A DNA stretch of 64,000 nucleotides. It comes from Candidatus Zixiibacteriota bacterium (lineage in GTDB: Bacteria; Zixibacteria; MSB-5A5; WJJR01; JAJRUJ01). Within the stretch, counting starts at the first letter, position 1, and every line of letters starts with the position of its first letter. The DNA is taken from positions 106,329-170,328 of the forward strand of contig JAGVQM010000026.1 in the NCBI GenBank assembly GCA_020051695.1. The letters run 5' to 3'. Positions 9,824 through 16,998 of the stretch are shown piece by piece. Under the pieces are notes generated by a model, which saw only the letters and a list, made by a program, of their open reading frames with translations, had not been told where the DNA came from and did no database searches. Both the position numbers and the translations under genes were made by a program.

Positions 9824-10738
9824 CTAACAGGCCCCGCGACCGGTAATTACGACAATCACCGTGGCATAGAGGACTTTCAGGTCTTTCAACAGATTCCAGC
9901 CCCGGATATAGGCGAGATCGTACTTTACTTTCTGGTGCACCGCCTCAACCGAGGTGTCGTACCCGTTTTTCACCTGGGCCAGGCCGGTGATCCCGGGGGT
10001 CATCTGTAAACGGTCGACAAAACCAGGTACAGTTACCGCCAGTTTTTCCACAAAATACGGCCGCTCCGGCCGGGGACCGACCAGACTCATATCGCCTTTC
10101 AGGATATTGATGAACTGCGGGATTTCATCCAAACGTGTCCGTCTGAGAAATTGGCCGATCCGCGTAATGCGCGGATCATTGCTGGTGGCCCAAACCGGAC
10201 CACATTTCTTCTCGGCGCCGTTGATCATCGTCCGAAATTTGAAGATCTCAAACGGCCGGCCATAGGCGTTTTCCCGGCGACGATCGACCTGGCGCCGATC
10301 CGCAGCTGCCGCCTGATTGACGCGGCGCCTGCTGCCCCGCCGACGATTGACCCCGATGCGGACCTGCCGGAAAAACACCGGCCCGGGAGAATCGAGTTTG
10401 ATGACAATCGGCAGGATTAAAAAGACCGGCACACATAACAATAAGCCGACGATGGCGACTACTGTGTCCAAAGTCCGCTTGCAGGCCATGTTCACGCGCC
10501 AGACCGTCACGTGGCGCGCTGCCCACGCCCGGACAACCAAGGTTCGCGTCACTAAGACCGTCCCCAGCAGCGCCAGGATCATTGTGGATAAAACATACTC
10601 ACGGAGGTAAGCCCCGAATGTGCCCCATAATTGCACAAACCGGCCGTCTTGAATTCTGCCGCGATCCAGAATCCACCCGGTTTCACGGAGGGCGTCTATT
10701 GGATATGTTGCATCCTCACCATAAGGATGGGGTGCCAT
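9824..10738 (-). CDS. polyprenyl-phosphate glycosyl-1-phosphate transferase (bacterial sugar transferase family, EPS/O-antigen priming enzyme)
   Basis: Diagnostic block GRPFEIFKFRTM...GPVWATSNDPRITRIGQFLRRTRLDEIPQFINILKGDMSLVGPRPERPYF. N-terminal TM helices. Confidence 0.9.
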   Translation of the reverse strand: MAPHPYGEDATYPIDALRETGWILDRGRIQDGRFVQLWGTFGAYLREYVLSTMILALLGTVLVTRTLVVRAWAARHVTVWRVNMACKRTLDTVVAIVGLLLCVPVFLILPIVIKLDSPGPVFFRQVRIGVNRRRGSRRRVNQAAAADRRQVDRRRENAYGRPFEIFKFRTMINGAEKKCGPVWATSNDPRITRIGQFLRRTRLDEIPQFINILKGDMSLVGPRPERPYFVEKLAVTVPGFVDRLQMTPGITGLAQVKNGYDTSVEAVHQKVKYDLAYIRGWNLLKDLKVLYATVIVVITGRGAC

Positions 10739-10841
10739 ACTTTTCCCCTTTCAAACTACCGCTAACTAGATATTACTACCAGTCAAACTTCGAGTAAAAA
10801 GGTAACCTCTATCAACCAAGCCCGAAGGCTTTCCCATGCTC

Positions 10842-10869
10842 AGTTTAGCAAATATAATTCCATTGTCAA
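10842..10869 (-). promoter_or_regulatory. candidate sigma70-type promoter for the sugar transferase gene (TTGACA-N16-TAAACT)
   Basis: The minus strand reads TTGACAatggaattatatttgcTAAACT, about 100 nt upstream of the ATG at 10738, inside an AT-rich gap. Sequence match only. Confidence 0.3.
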
Positions 10870-11319
10870 GTAAAACTTCATGTCTTTCGTAAATTTTATC
10901 ATATTTTTTCTACGTGCTAACCATCTGAATGCATGGCCAATAGCAGATTAAATTATGATTATTTTTGCCCTGTATAAATTTTCATTGCCGATCAAATCAT
11001 CCACTATCCGTTTTTGCTGCATGCCCCGCATTTAATTGTGCAAATGTTTGCATATTATGTTCCAATCCGCAGAATTATTTGGCTGCTCAAAACCTCAGAA
11101 GTCGCGGCTCGAACGCTGGGCCGGCTTAGGGTCTGGATTGGGCGTTAAACATTTGGCGAATCTTATGATGGTGGCCGTAATCTGGCATTAATGCAATGGT
11201 ATCGCCGCTGCAGGCGCCCCCCGTCGCCGGGATGCCGCCCGCTCAACCCTGATCACGACAAAGGATTGGCGGCACACGGCCGATAAAAGAATATCAGCAG
11301 GTTCCGGAGGACCACGCGT

Positions 11320-12687
11320 ATGGCAGATCATATCATGGTAGTTGATGACGAAGAGAGCATGTGTAAGTTCATGCAGATCATGCTGACCAAGGAAGGGTAT
11401 GCGGTGGAAGCGGAACCGTCCTCGCGCAAAGCGCTGGATAAGATCAAATCCGGGAAATATGACCTGGTCATCGCCGATTTGATGATGCCGGAGATGTCCG
11501 GGTTGGAACTATTGGCCCAGGTTAAAGCGGTCTGTCCGCGCACGCAGTTCATGGTCATGACTGCCTTCGCTTCGGTGGACACCGCCATTGAAGCCCTGAA
11601 AAACGGCGCGGTCGATTATATCACCAAACCGTTCAAAATTGATGAGATCAAAATCGCCATCCGCAAGTTTCTGGAGAAAAAACAACTCCAGCAGGAGAAT
11701 GTTTCGTTAAAGCAGCATATTATTAAAGAGGCATCCTTCGACAGTTACCTGGGGCGGAATCCGCAGGTCATCAAGATGAAGGAAATGGCGGCCAAAGTGG
11801 CCCAGACCGACTCGACGATTCTCATTCGCGGCGAATCGGGTACCGGCAAGGATCTGATCGCCCATGCAATTCACAATCATTCACGTCGTCTCGGCGGGCC
11901 GTTTGTGGCCTTGAATTGCGCGGCCTTGCCCGAGACGTTATTGGAAAGTGAATTATTCGGCCACACACGCGGCGCGTTCACCGGCGCGGTCAAGGACAAA
12001 GAGGGGTTATTTACCGCCGCGGATGGCGGGACGTTGTTTCTGGATGAAATCGGCGAAACTTCGGCAGCTATTCAGGTCAAGCTGCTTCGCGCGCTGGAAG
12101 ATAGAATGATCACGCCGATCGGGGCGACAACACCGGTCGCCGCAGATGTGCGGCTGCTGGCTGCGACAAATTCTGATCTGGAGGAATTAGTCAAATCAAA
12201 CCGGTTTCGCCTTGATTTATATTACCGGCTGAACGTCATTACGATCTTTCTGCCTCCGTTGCGCGACCGGCTTGATGATTTGCCTGAACTGGTTGAACAA
12301 TTCCTGCAAAAGGCCTGTTCCCGTTTTAAATTGCCCGCGAAGAAACTTTCTCCCGCGGCACTGAAATTATTGTGCAGATACCGTTGGCCCGGCAATGTCC
12401 GTGAATTGCAGAATATTCTTGAACGGGCGACATTGTTGAGTAAAGGTTCGACCCTGGATGCCGTCGATTTCCCGGAAAAATTGTGTCAGGCGCCGGATAT
12501 TGCGCCGGTCGATGACGCGCCGCCGTCCTCGCCCACACTGGAATCAATTGAAAAGGCGTATATTTACTGGGTACTAAACCAAACCGACTGGAACAAATCA
12601 AAGACCGCCGAAATCCTGGGCATCGACAATTCCACCTTGTACCGCAAAATCAACAAGTACAATTTCGCCCGAAAATCCATGGTTTAA
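11320..12687 (+). CDS. sigma54-dependent response regulator (NtrC/AtoC family), no adjacent kinase
   Basis: REC (IMVVDDEES..., DLVIADLMMPEMSG). AAA+ (GESGTGKDLIAHAIH, ESELFGHTRGAFTGA). HTH (TAEILGIDNSTLYRKINKY). ATG with GGAGG 10 nt upstream. Confidence 0.9.
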   Translation: MADHIMVVDDEESMCKFMQIMLTKEGYAVEAEPSSRKALDKIKSGKYDLVIADLMMPEMSGLELLAQVKAVCPRTQFMVMTAFASVDTAIEALKNGAVDYITKPFKIDEIKIAIRKFLEKKQLQQENVSLKQHIIKEASFDSYLGRNPQVIKMKEMAAKVAQTDSTILIRGESGTGKDLIAHAIHNHSRRLGGPFVALNCAALPETLLESELFGHTRGAFTGAVKDKEGLFTAADGGTLFLDEIGETSAAIQVKLLRALEDRMITPIGATTPVAADVRLLAATNSDLEELVKSNRFRLDLYYRLNVITIFLPPLRDRLDDLPELVEQFLQKACSRFKLPAKKLSPAALKLLCRYRWPGNVRELQNILERATLLSKGSTLDAVDFPEKLCQAPDIAPVDDAPPSSPTLESIEKAYIYWVLNQTDWNKSKTAEILGIDNSTLYRKINKYNFARKSMV

Positions 12688-12955
12688 AACTTTTCCGGCG
12701 ATTCATCCACAATCCATATTTCACTGTATGTATCCCGATGCCTTTTTCGCGGGCGACCGGTCAGGAACCGCAGCGGCGTATATCCTCGCCGTTGCCGGTG
12801 ATGGCGATCCCCCTAGAGGCGACCCGCTGCTTGATCTGCCACGGCACTGCCTACTGTCAAAATACGCGAGAGCCGGCCGCGCCGGAATCGCCTGATTTAC
12901 TCATAACCGGTTAATAATTACGTACTTGAAACGGGCTGCCGAAGGCGAGAGAAGC

Positions 12956-12984
12956 TTGCGTTTGGGCCCGCAAAAGGGTATCAT
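12956..12984 (+). promoter_or_regulatory. candidate sigma70-type promoter for ftcD (TTGCGT-N17-TATCAT)
   Basis: TTGCGTttgggcccgcaaaagggTATCAT lies about 40 nt upstream of the AAGGAG RBS and the ATG at 13027. Confidence 0.4.
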
Positions 12985-13026
12985 GCCGCGTTTATAAAAA
13001 ACGGGCCCGGGGCAAAAGGAGAACTC

Positions 13027-14559
13027 ATGCCTGCAATCGTGGAATGTGTGCCGAATTTTTCAGAAGGACGTCGGCCGGAAATCATAGAACAAATCATCGG
13101 CGCAGCACTGACCAGCGATGGTTTGGTGCTTTTGGACCATGAAATGGATGCCGACCACAACCGCGCGGTGGTGACCTTTGTCGGCGAACCGGCGGCAATA
13201 AGTGAGGGAGTATTTCGGGCTATCGCCAGGGCGGCAGAACTGATTGATATGGCTACACATACCGGCGAACACCCCCGAATGGGGGCCACCGATGTCGTCC
13301 CCTTTATTCCCATTTCTGGAATTTCCGAAGCCGAATGTATCGCGTTGGCCAAGGAGTTGGGGAAACGAGTGGGTGAGGAATTGCAGATCCCGGTTTATTT
13401 GTATGAGGCAGCGGCCAGTCGCCCCGACCGGGAAAACCTCGCCGATGTGCGCCGGGGACAGTACGAGGGCCTTCGGGATGAGATCGAAACCAACCCCGAC
13501 CGCAAACCCGATTTTGGCCCAGCCAAAATGAATTTGAAGGCCGGCGCTACGGCAGTTGGTGTGCGGTTCCCGCTGGTGGCTTTTAACGCTTACTTGAATA
13601 CTCCCCGGGTTTCGATCGCCAAAAAAATCGCCGGAGCGATCCGCTTCGGCGGCGGCGGGCTGCGTTATGTCAAAGCCATGGGTTTTGAAATCAAAGACCG
13701 TAACCAGGCACAAGTATCAATGAACCTAGTAAATTATACTAAAACCCCGATCTTTCGCGTATTTGAAATGATCAAATCCGAGGCGGAGCGCTGGGGTACG
13801 CACGTCTCTTCGACTGAAATCGTGGGCCTGACCCCGCAAAAAGCGCTAATCGATTGCGCCGAGCATTACTTGAAGCTCGAAAATTTTTCGATTGCCCAGG
13901 TTCTGGAAGAAAAACTTGCGCAATCGCTGGCCCGGCAAGCCACCAAATCGGGTTTGACCGGATTTGCGGATGAAGTCGCCTCCAATTCACCTGCTCCGGG
14001 AGGTGGGTCGGTGGCGGCCGCCTCGGCAATGCTGGCCGCTTCGCTGGTGGCGATGGTCGGGCGGTTGACGATCGGCAAAAAGAAATATGTCGAGGTGCAG
14101 GAGAAAATGGAGTCGAGCATCGGCCGGGCTGAGGAGTTGCGCACCGCTTTGAACCGTAAAATCCAGGAAGATGCCGCCGCATTCAACGCCGTCATGGCCG
14201 CCCGCAAGAAGCCGAAAGACACCGACGAGGAACAACAAGCGCGGTCTTCGGCAATCGCCGCCGCGACAAAAAATGCCTGCCGCGTCCCGCTGGAGGTTGC
14301 CGGCATGGCTCTGGAAGTTCTCCTGCTGGCCCGGCAAGTCATTGAATTCGGCAATGTTAACTCGGTAACCGACGGTGGCGTGGGTGCCCGCATGGCCCAG
14401 ACCGCAGTCTATTCGGCGGGTTGGAACGTTAAAATCAATCTCGTCGGGCTGGAGGACGAGCAGTTCGTGGCGGAAATGAAGCAGAAAATCGGGGAACTAG
14501 AAGCCCATGCCGATAGTGTACTAAAAGAGTGCGTCGAGATGGTCGACGCAAAAATCTGA
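13027..14559 (+). CDS. ftcD: bifunctional glutamate formimidoyltransferase / formimidoyl-THF cyclodeaminase (fused FTCD-type)
   Basis: The N-terminus MPAIVECVPNFSEGRRPEIIEQI...HNRAVVTFVG...HPRMGATDVVPF matches the formiminotransferase domain. The C-terminal roughly 190 aa (ASNSPAPGGGSVAAASAMLAASLVAMVGRLT...) matches the cyclodeaminase domain. Confidence 0.85.
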   Translation: MPAIVECVPNFSEGRRPEIIEQIIGAALTSDGLVLLDHEMDADHNRAVVTFVGEPAAISEGVFRAIARAAELIDMATHTGEHPRMGATDVVPFIPISGISEAECIALAKELGKRVGEELQIPVYLYEAAASRPDRENLADVRRGQYEGLRDEIETNPDRKPDFGPAKMNLKAGATAVGVRFPLVAFNAYLNTPRVSIAKKIAGAIRFGGGGLRYVKAMGFEIKDRNQAQVSMNLVNYTKTPIFRVFEMIKSEAERWGTHVSSTEIVGLTPQKALIDCAEHYLKLENFSIAQVLEEKLAQSLARQATKSGLTGFADEVASNSPAPGGGSVAAASAMLAASLVAMVGRLTIGKKKYVEVQEKMESSIGRAEELRTALNRKIQEDAAAFNAVMAARKKPKDTDEEQQARSSAIAAATKNACRVPLEVAGMALEVLLLARQVIEFGNVNSVTDGGVGARMAQTAVYSAGWNVKINLVGLEDEQFVAEMKQKIGELEAHADSVLKECVEMVDAKI

Positions 14560-14593
14560 CGCGGTCGGGACCAGTCGGCCTACGGAGAACTGG

Positions 14594-16450
14594 ATGAAAA
14601 AAACCGGGTGGGTGTTAGCGGCGTTGGCAGCAGTGATGTTAAACGCTCAGGTCGTAATGGCCGAGGCGCTGTCCGCGGCGAAGGAGCAGGAACTGATCCA
14701 AAGTGTGCTGTCGATTTATGAGCCGCACAGCCCCCTGGTGCAGGCCGGTCAAACACCGGACCTGCACAAATGCGGGTTCGGGATCATGGCCGAGGTCCGT
14801 CATCTCTGGCCGCAGCTCAGCGCGGAAGCTCAGGAATTACTGAAAGAATACGTCGAGGCGCGGCCGGTCCGGCAGAAATCCTATGATGTACCGGGCATCA
14901 GCTTGCGCATCCACTATGATACTACCGGCACGGATTCAGTGGACATGCGGCACGGTCTGGATACCGACGGCGTACCGCTGTATATCAAACGTGTCGCCGA
15001 GATTTATCAGGAAGTCTGGCATGAAGAAATCACCGAGATGGGCTATCCCCAACCACCCGCCGATGATTTCTATCCGGAGGGTGGGACCGCGGCTTATGAT
15101 GTCTACCTGACCAGTCTGAGCCGGAATTTTTACGGACTGACCCACGGAGACGTGGTATACCAGGATGGCACGTCCGGCCCCTACCGGATGACATCGTACG
15201 TCGAACTGGACAATGACTATCAGGGCTACAGTTTGTACGATACCGATGAATGGGACATCATTCTCGCCGTGACCGCCGCCCACGAATTTTTCCATTCCAT
15301 CCAGTACGGCATTGACGCATACGAGTTTCTGGAAGGCAGTGACGATTACTCGGTTGATGTCTGGTGGCATGAAATGTCCGCGACCTGGATGGAAGATATT
15401 GTGTACGATGACGTCAACGATTATTACTATTACCTTCCGGGATTCTTTGACCATCCCAACTGGGCCCTGACGACACAAGCCAAGGGCAACTATGAATATG
15501 GCGCGTGTGTCTGGCCGCGCTACCTGAGCGAACGCTTCGGGAACGAGATCATCCGGGATATCTGGGAACAGTGCGGCGATTCCACATATTTGAACAGCAT
15601 CGGCGCCTGGTCGGAACAAATCGATGAACGGGGAAGTTCACTGGCCCAGGAACTGGGCCGGTTCCGGCTGTGGTGTTATTACAGCGGGACCCGCCACCGT
15701 TCGTTTACCTTTGCCGAAGGGCAGCAGTACCCCACGATCAGCGATGACAATTTCGTGGCTCACTATAGTTCATATCCTCTGGTCGATTCACTCGGGCGTC
15801 TGGTCGCACCGGAATATCTGGGTGCGGCCTATCTGGAATTCGCCCGGCCCGACGCGCAGCCGGGGGATGATTTCAAAATCGGTATTACCCACGATAATTT
15901 CGATTTGTGGGCCGTCACCGCCGCAGGCATCAACGAAAATTCGGACCCCCTGCTGTTTTCCACCACCAGCATCACTTCCCCCCTGCTAGTGCCAGACTGG
16001 TTGAACTATGAACGGATCATGGTCATCCCCATCCCGTATAATCTGGATTATTCCCTATATAAGAAAATATCGGGACAGAAAATCATCTATGAGGTCAGCG
16101 ATACGCTCCCTGGCATTCAGGGTGACGAAATTAAAATTGTGCGGCCTAATCCCCTTGCTCTTGAAGCTGAAGGCGGCATGCTGTGGCTGCCGATCAGCCG
16201 GGAATCGAAGGATGAAACGGAAATATTTATTTATACTGCTGCCGGCGAACTGGTGCGCGGCGGGCGGGACGAGGTTGTCAACGGCCAGACCCCTTATTAT
16301 ATTAAAAAGGGCACCGGCCAGACAGCGGTCACGTTCATTTGGGACGGCTGCAATAAAGCCGGAGAAAAAGTCGCCTCCGGGGTGTACGTGTGTTATGCCC
16401 GGCTGGGTGAGTTAACCTCGCTGCAGAAAGTGGCGGTGTTCAGGAAGTGA
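14594..16450 (+). CDS. secreted HExxH zinc metalloprotease-like protein with T9SS-type (FlgD-Ig-like) C-terminal sorting domain
   Basis: Signal peptide (VLAALAAVMLNAQVVMA). HEFFH motif (VTAAHEFFHSIQYG). The last roughly 100 aa follow the Por-secretion-tail pattern (VRPNPL...EIFIYTAAGELVR...FIWDGCNKAGEKVASGVYVCYARLG...KVAVFRK). Confidence 0.7.
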   Translation: MKKTGWVLAALAAVMLNAQVVMAEALSAAKEQELIQSVLSIYEPHSPLVQAGQTPDLHKCGFGIMAEVRHLWPQLSAEAQELLKEYVEARPVRQKSYDVPGISLRIHYDTTGTDSVDMRHGLDTDGVPLYIKRVAEIYQEVWHEEITEMGYPQPPADDFYPEGGTAAYDVYLTSLSRNFYGLTHGDVVYQDGTSGPYRMTSYVELDNDYQGYSLYDTDEWDIILAVTAAHEFFHSIQYGIDAYEFLEGSDDYSVDVWWHEMSATWMEDIVYDDVNDYYYYLPGFFDHPNWALTTQAKGNYEYGACVWPRYLSERFGNEIIRDIWEQCGDSTYLNSIGAWSEQIDERGSSLAQELGRFRLWCYYSGTRHRSFTFAEGQQYPTISDDNFVAHYSSYPLVDSLGRLVAPEYLGAAYLEFARPDAQPGDDFKIGITHDNFDLWAVTAAGINENSDPLLFSTTSITSPLLVPDWLNYERIMVIPIPYNLDYSLYKKISGQKIIYEVSDTLPGIQGDEIKIVRPNPLALEAEGGMLWLPISRESKDETEIFIYTAAGELVRGGRDEVVNGQTPYYIKKGTGQTAVTFIWDGCNKAGEKVASGVYVCYARLGELTSLQKVAVFRK

Positions 16451-16998
16451 ACCTGCATGTCCGTGATTTGGCAAAAATCGGCGGCCTGCTGGCCGCCGCT
16501 TTTGTTTTGAAACTGCCGGCGCTCGGCCTGCCTAATGTCGAACCGTTCACTTTGGTTTTTTTCTTCATCGGCCACCGTTACGGCTGTTTCTGGGGCGCGG
16601 CGGTCGGCGCGCTGGCTGAATTCCTGTATACGACCCTGAATCCGTACGGACCGGCGCTGCCGCCGGTGGCCGTGGCGCAGGTCATCGGTATGGCCCTTGC
16701 GGGCGGGGCCGGGGGATTGGCGGCGCGTATTGATCCCTGGCGTACATTCTCCCGGCCGTCCCGCTGGGGGTTGGCCGTCCATGCCCTGGTGGTCACTGCG
16801 GTCTACGATGTACTAACCAACGTGGCCATGTTCTGGACCCTGGGCAATATGTGGGCCTGGCTGGTCGCGGGCGTGCCCTTTTCGGCGTTGCACATTGCCA
16901 CGAATTGCCTCTTATTTGCCTTCGCGTTTCCGGCGTTGCAAAAAATCGTGCCGGGCCGAGTCGGGAATGAACACTTATATGCAAAAAACACCATTTAG
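16447..16998 (+). CDS. small polytopic membrane protein (ECF-transporter S-component-like, tentative)
   Basis: 183 aa with 5-6 hydrophobic helices. The GTG start overlaps the protease stop (GTGA). Function not recognised with certainty. Confidence 0.5.
   Translation: MNLHVRDLAKIGGLLAAAFVLKLPALGLPNVEPFTLVFFFIGHRYGCFWGAAVGALAEFLYTTLNPYGPALPPVAVAQVIGMALAGGAGGLAARIDPWRTFSRPSRWGLAVHALVVTAVYDVLTNVAMFWTLGNMWAWLVAGVPFSALHIATNCLLFAFAFPALQKIVPGRVGNEHLYAKNTI

Noticed and set aside
12688-13026. Possible THF riboswitch upstream of the folate-dependent ftcD gene
   Set aside because: The region is better explained by a sigma70-type promoter about 40 nt from the RBS. The remaining leader is too short for a THF aptamer, and I see no conserved pseudoknot elements.
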